Of a stretch of DNA of 64,000 nucleotides, positions 37,601-47,146 are shown in pieces. Within the stretch, counting starts at the first letter, position 1. Each line of letters begins with the position of its first letter. Below the pieces are notes generated by a model. It did no database searches. It was not told the origin of the DNA and saw only the letters and a list, made by a program, of their open reading frames with translations. Made by a program: the position numbers and the translations under genes. Location of the stretch: positions 124,001 through 188,000 of IMG/VR virus record IMGVR_UViG_3300049793_000366; one strand, given 5' to 3'.

Positions 37601-38571
37601 ACATATGTATTCTCTGTCCACCCACCTACGAATGGATCTCCACCCTCTGACTCACTTATTATATTACCCGCCGTGATAACTGTACCAGTTACTAATTTCT
37701 GAGCTTTATATGGTGACACTGAAAGAAATTCTTCTAATTTTTCAATATAAAATCCGAAGTATCTGTTTATTGACCATTTTCTTAAAGCCTTTGGTGTAGC
37801 TGGTGTATCATTGAATAAGAAACTAAAGTTTACTATATTTGGAAATACAACTTTATTGTTTCTATAACCATCTGTGATAAGCGACTCGAATGAATGAAAT
37901 GTTTGCTCAGTAGATATAGTCTCATCTAAGAAAAAAGACTTAGAACAATATCCACCTGATTCATATTCAATACCATTCCACTTAGAGAATTCTAAAGTTC
38001 TCCAATCTATTTCAAATGGTGCTGTTGGAAATGATGCATCGTCAACGAAGTTTCTTTTAATCCATTCACCAACATTTGTTTTAGGAGTTAAGTCGAAAAC
38101 AGTGACACATTTAAACTTATCTAATATCTCTGTCTTGAAATTATCCTTAGTTAAGTTTATAATACCAGGACCATCTACTCTGAAAATAATGAAATTTTCC
38201 GGAATAGAAGACGGGTCTATATACAAAGGCGCAAAGCATTCAAATTCTTCTTGATAGAATGTATCAGAGATATACTTACATCCCATTTGATATATGTCAT
38301 CAAACTGATGCTCGAACGTGTTAAACATTTTATCGGCATCGTCTTCATATTTAACTTTGAAGGCAACATCAGCGGGTGTGTTCTTGTAAAAAAACGGAAC
38401 CAATTCATTAAAGAAGTTATCCTTATTGAATAGTACGTGTTTATATTTAGAAGCACATAGTTCAGGACTTGATTCAATTGATTCTAAGTATAATGAATAA
38501 CTTGCTGTTACTATTACTTTAGCATTTGTTGAAAGTGCTGGGTTTGCTCTAATTACCGAAAATGATTTCAT
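34609..38571 (-). CDS. Large (1320 aa) probable baseplate/tail protein with CBM-like W-N-P..Y repeats
   Basis: WNPTKTY, WNPKQNYNANEYIIFNGEYY, FNQEEEYTFGEKFIFNDIVF repeats. Confidence 0.55.
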   Translation of the reverse strand: MKSFSVIRANPALSTNAKVIVTASYSLYLESIESSPELCASKYKHVLFNKDNFFNELVPFFYKNTPADVAFKVKYEDDADKMFNTFEHQFDDIYQMGCKYISDTFYQEEFECFAPLYIDPSSIPENFIIFRVDGPGIINLTKDNFKTEILDKFKCVTVFDLTPKTNVGEWIKRNFVDDASFPTAPFEIDWRTLEFSKWNGIEYESGGYCSKSFFLDETISTEQTFHSFESLITDGYRNNKVVFPNIVNFSFLFNDTPATPKALRKWSINRYFGFYIEKLEEFLSVSPYKAQKLVTGTVITAGNIISESEGGDPFVGGWTENTYVEINGIFYKVEKFTNTRRLNKRTKSRKGLATDELQLLNVVNYRIISDLDLSGLEGIIDANIINVDSSNILTFVNNQASYNKFINEAKNCDLFVIEIDDKWHVIRVDSNGSLHIQSDYGFKSTELTFEYYINEGDPAYKTVIPLIIDKDHQPPVFKIYKVYFSDIKDFETSIIDTNFSKFEYEKSDSLTDTQQLKLYSKDIDSLEYPQRLSEYVFNKELVHIPTSSEYIATGELFEVHNNELNSLWRKNITSTKWGYQHSNSHFDEEYRLNNSFIADDFNRVANVYETRPIRMENNLDYFYTINSSTTSYVEQSLHVQILDSNKNIDSFTFNPDLFFTGIAATAATWAYQGTYSGTISYFASLFDKKEILDSGSTIRNTKKYSRFNAKDSVITNHTVFKGIKFYLYDVDKLIIKNGSIDSIITKSTNDYEGYKFSVLMADSATGSVFPIKNELTWETFSQFNQEEEYTFGEKFIFNDIVFVYVGSTPYTLTNMSVYPGSPTLNNSTLTTTVGPQSLFTPLLTTDVGYTNGTVSWGTISGITSILWNPTKTYTLSPTVVYDSAVYHHGDYYSYSAGTVSFWNPKQNYNANEYIIFNGEYYRSLKSTNRSYPLTSKSWRVDNTLPTSTLKWNKVILWSKITPPAIVALNGKYAVHNDILWRLVGSYLDEPGTNASWTREYSLVDDTTLPYSITNNNIIKFNSRYYYCTSPTSNSTLENGINMYINNKNKEILLHIYINDNTYTSIKNKERDDLYNELFSKLTANNFINYMNNVSEKYGFSDTIKYYIDGATQSYNWTNLPVILLAEAPDQVTTKLNSYKVEPVSPNKNLIKAKFLLDKGTVKSTNELNYYNDIPLATNIIQHKGDNLVVDNIHGLKNLTTTSLYRFSGYYMPIFYDIELFNKVDNHNCKFDTSLSNFGIMKERKFSKINRKKNILKLKDAKDLKSIYPMIDEYGYGFKHYFIFKSTWDNKYYIECDEADPTQKSVVNQIAQSNSNTNQSL

Positions 38572-38574
38572 TTA

Positions 38575-41500
38575 TTATAATGATATGTTTTGTCCTGTTG
38601 GTAGGTTCGAAAGATTCTTTTGAACAGCTACTTTATTTCTACTTAAATTGAACTTAATTGTAAACGTGAATGGTCTATTTTCAGCTTCATTTTCTAAGAA
38701 GAACTTTAACTTTTTAATATGTTTAACTGTTTGTGTAACGTTATTTAATACGATATACTTGTAGTTATTACCAGTTCCAGCATTCGGATCCAATGAATTC
38801 ATCTTGAAATAGATATTGATTGGAATATTGATTGCGTTATTAGGACCACCTGGTACTGTGTGTACTTTATCTGAATTAGTTTCAACTAATTTATCTAAGT
38901 CTTGAACTACTGGATGAATTGTTGTTAGTAATTTAGTTGTACTTGATACTGACACTGAATTCTCAACCCATTTACTTGTTTCAAGTAATGATGTATTTGA
39001 ATTATTAAATGATAGTAAAGTAGTTTCAGAATAACCAATATTATATTCAGTAGATGCTAATGCTGGTACAATTGAATTGTTAGCATTTGTAGTAAATGCA
39101 TTTCCAATATTATCAGCCAATTTAGTAACTGTTGATGTATCTTCGATTGTAGAGTAATTAACTGACCAAGCAAACTGATTGTTCTTCTGTGTTAATGTTT
39201 TACCAGTTGTATTTGAAAACAATAGCTGATTTAATTCATTTACCCAGAAGATTTGAGGAGCCGCTGTGTTATATAACTCAGTACTTGTATTGTATATTCT
39301 ACTTGATAATAATCCAAGTGGTGATTCAACTGATTTATTCTCAATCTTTAATAGGAAATCTTTAATTACATAAATGTTGTTTTGATAAACACGTCCTGTT
39401 GGTACACCAGTATCACTGAATGTATCTAAGTAGTCTTCACACTCAACGTTGAATGTTATTTCAGAGTTATTCTTGATAACAAATGGTTGGTTATTTCTAA
39501 ACATAGTTATTACAAGCTCACCCTTAGCACGTTTAATCTTCTCTTCTAAAGCGATTACTCTGTCTTGAAGAGATTTTAAATATCCGTGTAAGTCAATAGC
39601 AGTACCGTTATCATCTTTGAAACCAGATAAAATACTATCAGAACTTGTTACATATGTTTTATTTCCAACAACAGTGATACCATCTAATATTGTTGATAAA
39701 CCTCTCGCATCAAGCTCAGATTGCATTCTAACTTTAAGCTCTTCTTGTGTAGCTTCTTTTAAAATGAATTGGTCATCAGCCATAACATCATTTAAATCAT
39801 CTGGGAAATCCAGTGATATGATTTGTGACCAATCAGATTCTACCGGAGATTCTGGCCAACCAACTTCTGAAATTGATTTAATTCTTATTTCAACTCTTTC
39901 ATTTGGTGAAATAGGAATATCTAACTGATTGATATTTGGAGTATCAGCATCAGAAACATCCTCTATTGTCCATGAGTATTGTTTAGTTTTAGGATCCTGA
40001 ATTCTTTTTCTAGCATCCGTTTTAATTTCTTTCCAATTTGAAAAGGCACCAGTTTTAATATTCTCACCATTTTTTACTGGCTTAAGTTTGAATGTTGTAG
40101 TAGTTGGCTCCTTACCATCTTTTGTTGTGTATTTATATTGTATTCTAAACTGAACAATTTCTTGAGGCTTAGTACCACGAGTTATAATTGCATCAGGAAT
40201 AGTCCAGAATCCTCTTATGGAGAACTTCGGAGATTGCTTGCCTATACTTGTAGTCTTAGATATATCTAATATATCCTTTACTAACGATGATTGTAAAGAA
40301 AGCTTTGATTCCTTTTGCTTTTGTAATTTATCTACTTCTAATTCGAATTGTTTTCTTTGTGCATCAGATGTGAATCGAGTAACCTTTATTTGCTTATTCT
40401 TAGCAATTAATGAATCCGAAATTTGTTGAATTTCAGACTTTAAGTTTTTCTGTTCATTGTGCTTTGTCTTAATTAGATTACCATTTGGTGTATCTGTTAA
40501 GTGTTTATTTATTTGAACTACTTTAAAGTTATCAGCATTTAATGTTGGTGCTGGTGGCGTACCCGCTAATTGATTTGGTATCTTCTTAGCAACTAAGTCT
40601 TTTAATACTTCACCATAGTCATATACATTTTCAGTATAGAATTGTTCCATTGACTTACCATTGTTTGGGTCTTCTGAATTCAATCTAAGGTCATTAGTCC
40701 AATATCCAGTACCAAGACTCCAATCCTTAGCCAATAAGTGATTATCAGCATTTAGTGGCTTAACGAAAACCACATTTCTCTCATCATATCCTACTGATAT
40801 TTTAACGTTTTTATTAAAAACAACAGGTGAATATACTTTAAGCGTACCGATACCTACTGCAATCGGTTGTAAACCTTCAACTCTTTCAAATCTAACTCTG
40901 AAATTAGAAGCAAGTGTTGATACTTCAACCACTTTATATCTTGTTGTAGATATGTCTACATTAACGATAACTTCGTCACCGTGTGCTAATTGTCTGATTT
41001 CATTTGTACCAGTAACTAAGTAGTCAATAGTATCTAAGTGATACCATAACTTTCTATTAAGTGTATCTTGTTCTACTTTTATAACAGTGAATAAACCGTT
41101 GTATAATAATTCATTTGGGTCTAAGTCGAAGATTTGCTCATCGTAATTAGGTTCATTTGGACTTGTGATACCAGGTGTTGTTCTGTGCCAACGGTCAAAC
41201 TCGTCTATTTTAATAGCAGTCTGCCCTCTGAATAATGTATTGAATGAATTTAAAGCAGATTGTCCTAAGTTGGTAAGATTACCCGCGTCATCCTTAGCGA
41301 ATTCAACAATATATCTTCTAACTTGACACTTTCTAACATTATTTTCTATTTTACCATTTAAATCAATGATTATATTTAGCATTGGGTTTAGTAAACCATC
41401 AAAAATCCAGTTTTTGTTGGTAACAAAGGAACTTACTACGTTTAGTGAACCGATAGTAGCAGGCTCTCGGTTTAAATCAGCAGTAATTATCTTCTTAAAT

Positions 41501-41775
41501 TTATTATTAGCTGGTTGTATAATAGATCCAGCAGAATCGATAGAATATAGGGTATTGATATTGTTGTTTAATCTATCAATTTCGGACTTTAAAAATCCAA
41601 TGGTTGGTAGGTTAAATTGTCTCAAAACGCCATTCTCATCAGTTATTTTTACACTGATTGAGTTTTCTGTTGTTGTTACTAAATCGTTTAGTTTAGATAG
41701 TAATTCTACCGCATTGCGGTTATAACTTATGATTTGTTCTGCTACGGTTGTAAAGGAATTTCTTATTGTTGACAT
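38575..41775 (-). CDS. Large (1066 aa) probable virion structural protein
   Basis: Coiled coil plus FnIII-like VEIRIKSISEVGWPESPVESDWS segment; TATATA motif upstream. Confidence 0.55.
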   Translation of the reverse strand: MSTIRNSFTTVAEQIISYNRNAVELLSKLNDLVTTTENSISVKITDENGVLRQFNLPTIGFLKSEIDRLNNNINTLYSIDSAGSIIQPANNKFKKIITADLNREPATIGSLNVVSSFVTNKNWIFDGLLNPMLNIIIDLNGKIENNVRKCQVRRYIVEFAKDDAGNLTNLGQSALNSFNTLFRGQTAIKIDEFDRWHRTTPGITSPNEPNYDEQIFDLDPNELLYNGLFTVIKVEQDTLNRKLWYHLDTIDYLVTGTNEIRQLAHGDEVIVNVDISTTRYKVVEVSTLASNFRVRFERVEGLQPIAVGIGTLKVYSPVVFNKNVKISVGYDERNVVFVKPLNADNHLLAKDWSLGTGYWTNDLRLNSEDPNNGKSMEQFYTENVYDYGEVLKDLVAKKIPNQLAGTPPAPTLNADNFKVVQINKHLTDTPNGNLIKTKHNEQKNLKSEIQQISDSLIAKNKQIKVTRFTSDAQRKQFELEVDKLQKQKESKLSLQSSLVKDILDISKTTSIGKQSPKFSIRGFWTIPDAIITRGTKPQEIVQFRIQYKYTTKDGKEPTTTTFKLKPVKNGENIKTGAFSNWKEIKTDARKRIQDPKTKQYSWTIEDVSDADTPNINQLDIPISPNERVEIRIKSISEVGWPESPVESDWSQIISLDFPDDLNDVMADDQFILKEATQEELKVRMQSELDARGLSTILDGITVVGNKTYVTSSDSILSGFKDDNGTAIDLHGYLKSLQDRVIALEEKIKRAKGELVITMFRNNQPFVIKNNSEITFNVECEDYLDTFSDTGVPTGRVYQNNIYVIKDFLLKIENKSVESPLGLLSSRIYNTSTELYNTAAPQIFWVNELNQLLFSNTTGKTLTQKNNQFAWSVNYSTIEDTSTVTKLADNIGNAFTTNANNSIVPALASTEYNIGYSETTLLSFNNSNTSLLETSKWVENSVSVSSTTKLLTTIHPVVQDLDKLVETNSDKVHTVPGGPNNAINIPINIYFKMNSLDPNAGTGNNYKYIVLNNVTQTVKHIKKLKFFLENEAENRPFTFTIKFNLSRNKVAVQKNLSNLPTGQNISL

Positions 41776-41888
41776 TTCTTCCTGCTAATTTTTTATTATA
41801 TATAAAAAAAATATGGTTATGTACCATAGTTGGAATCGCTATTTGTGTGGATTTCGCCATTTGGATTTTTTTGCTTATATTTGTAATT

Positions 41889-42206
41889 ATGGACAAATCT
41901 TGGTCATTAAAGAATAAGCGTGATATTGAAAATTTATTCAGTAAGGGTAAATCATATACATCTGGTTGCATTGTAGCCAGATATGTGGACTCGACTGAAA
42001 CTAAGTTTCTATTCGCTGTTAGTACCCGTCTGTATAAGCGCGCCAATAAGAGAAATAGAGTTAAGAGGTTGATGCGTGTTGCTGTTGCTGAGATAAAGAA
42101 TACGGTAGTCAACAAACACGTTGCTTTTATCTATATAGATACTGATATTAAATCATTAAGTGATATAAAAAATAGCATAGCTGGTCTTAAATGTCTGAAC
42201 CCTTAG
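41889..42206 (+). CDS. rnpA: Ribonuclease P protein component
   Basis: SLKNKRDIENLFSKGK, FAVSTRLYKRANKRNRVKRLMR (RNR motif); TATATTTG 41876-41883 points to ATG 41889. Confidence 0.85.
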   Translation: MDKSWSLKNKRDIENLFSKGKSYTSGCIVARYVDSTETKFLFAVSTRLYKRANKRNRVKRLMRVAVAEIKNTVVNKHVAFIYIDTDIKSLSDIKNSIAGLKCLNP

Positions 42207-42514
42207 AGCGGATTAAATATGATATATTGTCGGATATGCTGATTGATATGCTGTCCATCGAAGAGTCATTTTATACCAAACATAAAGATAAACCATCGGT
42301 TAATTATGAGATAGTTAAACAATCTTGTAGGTTCAATATTGATGATAATGGAAAGAAGTCATTTGTTACATCCCTTAGTTCGTTGTATAAACACACTAAA
42401 AACTATGGGGCTAAACTACATAATCGAGGATTATATCATTTAAATGAAGAAGAGATAGAAATTGATATTGATAAAAGAATAAATAGAGCTTACAATCTCA
42501 ATAGATTATTATGA
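42191..42514 (+). CDS. Hypothetical protein with C-terminal tag variant
   Basis: Ends INRAYNLNRLL. Confidence 0.55.
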   Translation: MSEPLERIKYDILSDMLIDMLSIEESFYTKHKDKPSVNYEIVKQSCRFNIDDNGKKSFVTSLSSLYKHTKNYGAKLHNRGLYHLNEEEIEIDIDKRINRAYNLNRLL

Positions 42515-42861
42515 TAAAGATAGCATTAAATATTGGATATAGTAGCCCTAATTTTGGTGGCTCGATACTGAATACCTTCCCATTTATGTGGGAATTTAAT
42601 TCGGTTAGAGAGTGCTTTGACTGGATTAGAACACAAGCATTCAATTTTCTTACTTGGTCATATCATCAACACGTACCTAAATCCTCTATGTGCTTATATT
42701 TATACATGGAAGATGAAGAGAATTTCTGGGAATATAAAATAATGTGTGCTAATATCAGAGAGTATAAAGCTATTATGTCATACACCAGAGAAGACATTGA
42801 GGTTAAAATGAGGGAATCTACAATTGATAGTATTTTAATTGAAGAGAAAACAAATGATTAA
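42511..42861 (+). CDS. Hypothetical protein with C-terminal tag variant
   Basis: KMRESTIDSIL near C-terminus. Confidence 0.55.
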   Translation: MIKIALNIGYSSPNFGGSILNTFPFMWEFNSVRECFDWIRTQAFNFLTWSYHQHVPKSSMCLYLYMEDEENFWEYKIMCANIREYKAIMSYTREDIEVKMRESTIDSILIEEKTND

Positions 42862-42881
42862 TAAAAATATATAACAATCCG

Positions 42882-43238
42882 ATGATAAGAAGTAAAATAC
42901 TAAACTCTACATCACCAAAAGACTTAACGACTGATGGTAAACAGGTTGAATTAGTAACAATAGGACTTTTTAGTACTACGACACAATTGTGGAAGTACTA
43001 TGTTTGTTCAGTTGTTGGTAGTAACAATAATTATAAAATGACTACTGATTTACATACGTTTGCTTCCACTGCTACGAATGATAACGTTGAGAGCTATGGT
43101 AAGCAATTTAAAACAGTAGATGAAGCTAAGAAGTTTATAGATAACTTCAGAGATAAGTGGGAAACAGGTTCGAATGAACCAAAGCAAGAAGTCCGAGACG
43201 CTAAGATTAAGGATATTCTACAAGAAACAGAAAATTAA
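42882..43238 (+). CDS. Hypothetical protein with C-terminal tag
   Basis: EVRDAKIKDILQETEN. Confidence 0.6.
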   Translation: MIRSKILNSTSPKDLTTDGKQVELVTIGLFSTTTQLWKYYVCSVVGSNNNYKMTTDLHTFASTATNDNVESYGKQFKTVDEAKKFIDNFRDKWETGSNEPKQEVRDAKIKDILQETEN

Positions 43239-43240
43239 AT

Positions 43241-43582
43241 ATGTCAGAATCAAGAAAAGCATTTGAAAACACAATATCAGTTATACCTGATGGATTAGTA
43301 GATAAAAAAGCATTAATGGAAAAGACTTCCGTTTTTTGGGATTTCCAGGATTATGTAATGGCTAAATACAGCCTTACTGAAAAGGAATCAGAAGAAAAAT
43401 TTAAATCTTATATTTTTACAAAGATGGCGGCTACACCAGAAAAGATGTCTGACCCATCTGCTTATCTTGAGCATTTGCGTTTATACGCAGTAGAGTGTGG
43501 ATTTACCAGTCCAGATAAGCTAGTAGAAGGTTTTCAGTATATGACTGACCTAAATGCTAAGATTAAAATGAGCGAAGATTAA
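43241..43582 (+). CDS. Hypothetical protein
   Basis: ORF in operon. Confidence 0.55.
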   Translation: MSESRKAFENTISVIPDGLVDKKALMEKTSVFWDFQDYVMAKYSLTEKESEEKFKSYIFTKMAATPEKMSDPSAYLEHLRLYAVECGFTSPDKLVEGFQYMTDLNAKIKMSED

Positions 43583-43600
43583 CATTTTTTTAGAAAAATA

Positions 43601-43632
43601 TTTGCACAATCAAAAAAAGTGTTTTATATTTG
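43601..43632 (+). promoter_or_regulatory. Bacteroidota-type promoter of the Pth2/HD operon
   Basis: TTTG 43601-43604, 20-nt spacer, TATATTTG 43625-43632. Confidence 0.75.
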
Positions 43633-43682
43633 CAGAGTAAACAATTATTAATATATAAACTATAAACAAAAAACAAAACAAC

Positions 43683-44048
43683 ATGAAGTAGATTAACAAC
43701 AAAAACGAAACCAAGCTGGTAACTGTAACCAGAGCTGATATAGCTCCTGGGTATCAAGTGGTTCAATCAGCACATTCAATTGCCGATTTCGCGGCTGAAT
43801 TTCCACAAATTTTCTCCCAGTGGAAGATGGAGTCAAACTCTATCATTTGTCTTTCTGTGAAAGATGAACAAGAATTACTAAAACTGTACGATAAGTTAAG
43901 AACGCAAGGTGTCTCTGTGGTCAAATTTTTTGAACCCGATATTGACGCTGATACTTCTATTTGCCTATATGGCACCCCAGAAGTTAGAAAGAAATTATCT
44001 AGCCTTCCATTGTCTTTGCGTACAAAAGAATCAGTATTAACAAACTAA
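43683..44048 (+). CDS. Peptidyl-tRNA hydrolase type 2 (PTH2)-like protein with in-frame TAG at codon 3
   Basis: ATG AAG TAG ATT...: MK*INNKNETKLVTVTRADIAPGYQVVQSAHS...; the PTH2 N-terminal motif (KLVxVxRxD..G...Q.AH) lies upstream of the ORF-track GTG start 43758; FFEPD...TSIC. Confidence 0.7.
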
Positions 44049-44060
44049 AAATCAAACAAC

Positions 44061-44660
44061 ATGAAAACAACTCACGATTTGTAGATTACATTCAAAGAAT
44101 TGCTCAGTGATATGAAGAACTGTGAGCAGACCAAAGGTCAGTCAGTTCTACAACATGGTATTTCTGTAAAGAACTACTTCTTTGATTTAATCAATCATTT
44201 AAAACATGGTACACCACTTAAATATACGTGGAAGTTACCGGATTGGGTCTATGAAAACAAAGACCAATTATTATCGAGTCTACCTAATGATAGGACTCTA
44301 AAACTCTACACCATTCTACATGATTGTGGTAAGCCATATTCTCGTGTAGTTGATAGTGATGGAAAAGTACACTTCCCTAATCACGCTGAGATATCCTATC
44401 AAACATTCAAAAATCTTTATGATGATCCTATTGCCTCTTTTTTAATTAAAAGTGACATGGATATACACACCCTAAAATCTGATGGTGTTGAAGAATTTTC
44501 TAAAAATCCATATGCCTTAACGTTATTGTTGAGTGGCTTAGCCGAAATTCATTCAAATGCTCAGATGTTTGGTGGTATAGATTCCACGTCCTTTAAAATT
44601 AAGTGGAAATGCATCAATCAAAGAGGTAAGCAAATTATTAATCAATTAAACAAAAAATAA
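44061..44660 (+). CDS. HD-domain phosphohydrolase with in-frame TAG at codon 8
   Basis: ATG 44061 MKTTHDL*ITFKELLSDMK in frame with ORF 44100; QHG..V, LHDCGKP, HFPNHAEIS. Confidence 0.7.
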
Positions 44661-44671
44661 AAACAGAAATC

Positions 44672-45028
44672 ATGAAAACAACAGAACAAATCAAAACAGA
44701 AGTAGTTAATTATTTAACAAGAACATCACAACACTTATTTACTGATACGAAAGGTAGCTTTTATAAAGTATTCGTTGACGGTGATAACTTCATTGTTATC
44801 AAAGACGATAAGACAACCGTGTATGACATTAATAAGTACATCCAGTGGTACGCACAGCATACTGAGTGTGTAGTGAAGCATTTATTATTTTTAATCCCAT
44901 CATATTCATATGTTGGATCTTTAAAAGATAATAATACAAACAAGTTAAAGTCAATTCCATATTTCAAAGCTATGCGAGAAAAGCATACTGAAATTTTAGC
45001 AGAAATGAAAAAACAAACAGCTAAGTAA
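44672..45028 (+). CDS. Hypothetical protein
   Basis: ORF with A-rich initiation region. Confidence 0.6.
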   Translation: MKTTEQIKTEVVNYLTRTSQHLFTDTKGSFYKVFVDGDNFIVIKDDKTTVYDINKYIQWYAQHTECVVKHLLFLIPSYSYVGSLKDNNTNKLKSIPYFKAMREKHTEILAEMKKQTAK

Positions 45029-45029
45029 T

Positions 45030-45557
45030 ATGAAGTTACAAGAGTGGCAATCGAAAATGCTTACCAATCCAAATGTGCGAGTGAAGGAATTCCTCGCACA
45101 CTATGGGATTGATAAAATAAGCAAGATGGATGAATTTACCTTTAAGCACAGCTTATCTCATCATACTAAATTTTCATATGATGAACAGTGTCAATTTTGG
45201 ATGGATAAAGTATTTGAGTGTGTTTATTATGTAGATTATTCAAATCCTGATTTACTGAGTCATTTTCTAATCTATGATGATGGTGAATATTGGGTATTCG
45301 AAAATAAAATGGGAAGAGCCAGTTATTGTGTATATCGACTAGACCATAGACATATTGAATATGATGATAGGGTTGATAAATACACATTTATTGCTAATTG
45401 GAAACGTCAAATAGAGACGACATTTTATATCAGATTATATGATGTTGAGTTTGCACATCAGTTTCTTGAAAATATACTTGATAGAAGAGTAGAGTTTAAA
45501 AAAGACTACGTGCGTTCACTTAAAAGAAATGAAAAACTTAAAAATATTTTAAAATGA
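45030..45557 (+). CDS. Hypothetical protein with C-terminal tag
   Basis: Ends LKRNEKLKNILK. Confidence 0.6.
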   Translation: MKLQEWQSKMLTNPNVRVKEFLAHYGIDKISKMDEFTFKHSLSHHTKFSYDEQCQFWMDKVFECVYYVDYSNPDLLSHFLIYDDGEYWVFENKMGRASYCVYRLDHRHIEYDDRVDKYTFIANWKRQIETTFYIRLYDVEFAHQFLENILDRRVEFKKDYVRSLKRNEKLKNILK

Positions 45558-45979
45558 GAGAATTGATAAGAGACTATAAACTGAATAGGGATAACTATAA
45601 ACAAATGGAGGGTAAATATAAAAGGGCTAAGAGCAATTTATCCGATAGAATATTGAGTGTTATAAAAATAATGCACGATATTGAATATAAAGAAATTAAA
45701 AAATTAGAATCAGATAAGAAAACATATCTGAATGCTTTTCCTCGATGGAGTGGAAATCCAAATTTAATTGACCTTGATTCGGTTAGTATTAAGGATGATA
45801 TGATGAAGGTTAGATATGGATTTCACTACTCGTATAGTTGTGGCGATGAAGAATCTTGGCATTCGATTAAAATTCCGATTAGTTATTTCAATCTTAATTA
45901 TAAGGAACTAAATAGCATACACACTGAATTTTCAATAGCAAGAGTATTGAAAATCTACAATGATAAAAATAAAATTTAA
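45554..45979 (+). CDS. Hypothetical protein
   Basis: Overlapping start/stop in operon. Confidence 0.55.
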   Translation: MRELIRDYKLNRDNYKQMEGKYKRAKSNLSDRILSVIKIMHDIEYKEIKKLESDKKTYLNAFPRWSGNPNLIDLDSVSIKDDMMKVRYGFHYSYSCGDEESWHSIKIPISYFNLNYKELNSIHTEFSIARVLKIYNDKNKI

Positions 45980-45981
45980 TA

Positions 45982-46827
45982 ATGAGATATATTGATAACC
46001 GATACTGTATAGGTAAAGTAAGAAGACTATTTAAAGAAGCTCCTGAGTCACTGAAAGACTGTGTTGTAGAGTTTTGTAGAATATTAGAAGAAGTGAAAGC
46101 TAGTTGTGGCGAACCAAGTTATAGTATTAAAGAAGACTTCTTTAAAATATGGTCTGGGTACTATAATAGAAAAACTGAATTTATGATTCTTAGACATAAA
46201 ACAATATTCACAAAAGAATCATTTGAGTTAAAGGTCGAGTTTAAATTCAACAAAGAGGTTGGTTATAAAAAATATAGTTGGGAGGATAGATACCAAGCGG
46301 CTAAGGATATTTCGGAGTGGCAAAACAAACCAGATGCCTTACCACCAGATGAATCTTTCAGGGAGACGATTAGAGGATATAATGAGTATGGTACGGATTG
46401 GAGTAGTTACTGTTGTAATGAAGTTTCAAAGAAATGTATAGAGAAAGCACTAACATTATACGATGAGTTTTGTTTTTTACGTGAGTATGGATTTTCAATA
46501 TCAACGTATGCGGTTGCTGATGGTGGTCACGCATACAAGAGACCGCCTGATACATCTCGTTCTGGTGTTACTATGACTATTTCATATCAAAATAAAGATT
46601 TGGAAATTGAATTATCTGAATATAATGGTGTAATGACAGTTGAGACTATGCTTATAACTGAGGGTTGGAATGAAGAGAAGAATCAACACGAGAATGAGTA
46701 CTACCAGCACTATGACAGCGAAGGTGGTGAAAATATCAATTCATATTCGGACATTAAACCATATATTGATATTATGGCACCTGGTGTATTACGAGGCCAG
46801 AAATTAGAGGACATTTTAGGTAATTAA
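45982..46827 (+). CDS. Hypothetical protein with C-terminal tag
   Basis: Ends VLRGQKLEDILGN. Confidence 0.6.
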   Translation: MRYIDNRYCIGKVRRLFKEAPESLKDCVVEFCRILEEVKASCGEPSYSIKEDFFKIWSGYYNRKTEFMILRHKTIFTKESFELKVEFKFNKEVGYKKYSWEDRYQAAKDISEWQNKPDALPPDESFRETIRGYNEYGTDWSSYCCNEVSKKCIEKALTLYDEFCFLREYGFSISTYAVADGGHAYKRPPDTSRSGVTMTISYQNKDLEIELSEYNGVMTVETMLITEGWNEEKNQHENEYYQHYDSEGGENINSYSDIKPYIDIMAPGVLRGQKLEDILGN

Positions 46828-46895
46828 CATCCGAATGTTTATAATTATTGGATTATGATAAACTGTGACATACAATTTTGATATATATTTACATA

Positions 46896-47084
46896 ATGAG
46901 ACTTTTTAGACTAAAGAAAAAATTTAAAAAAGAAGACAAGACTTCCGTGTACTGTTTACAGGAGCGTAAGTTTTTTGTCTGGGTAACTATTGAGGAAATT
47001 GCTGATAAAGAGCAAGCTAAGAGAGCCATCGCTGAAACCAGAGAAGGTGCTTTTTATAGCTGGTTGCTAAAGAGTCCAAAATAG
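46896..47084 (+). CDS. Small basic hypothetical protein
   Basis: MRLFRLKKK... (ATG inside ORF 46878..47084). Confidence 0.45.
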   Translation: MRLFRLKKKFKKEDKTSVYCLQERKFFVWVTIEEIADKEQAKRAIAETREGAFYSWLLKSPK

Positions 47085-47146
47085 TTAAGTCCGTATTTGC
47101 ACAATACGTTAAAAGTCCGTATATTTACGTCAAATTGTAAATTCAT

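Noticed and set aside
41720-42115. 131-aa minus-strand ORF and the extended 41766 start of rnpA
   Set aside because: The ORF is antisense to rnpA; the promoter at 41876-41883 supports ATG 41889 as the true start.
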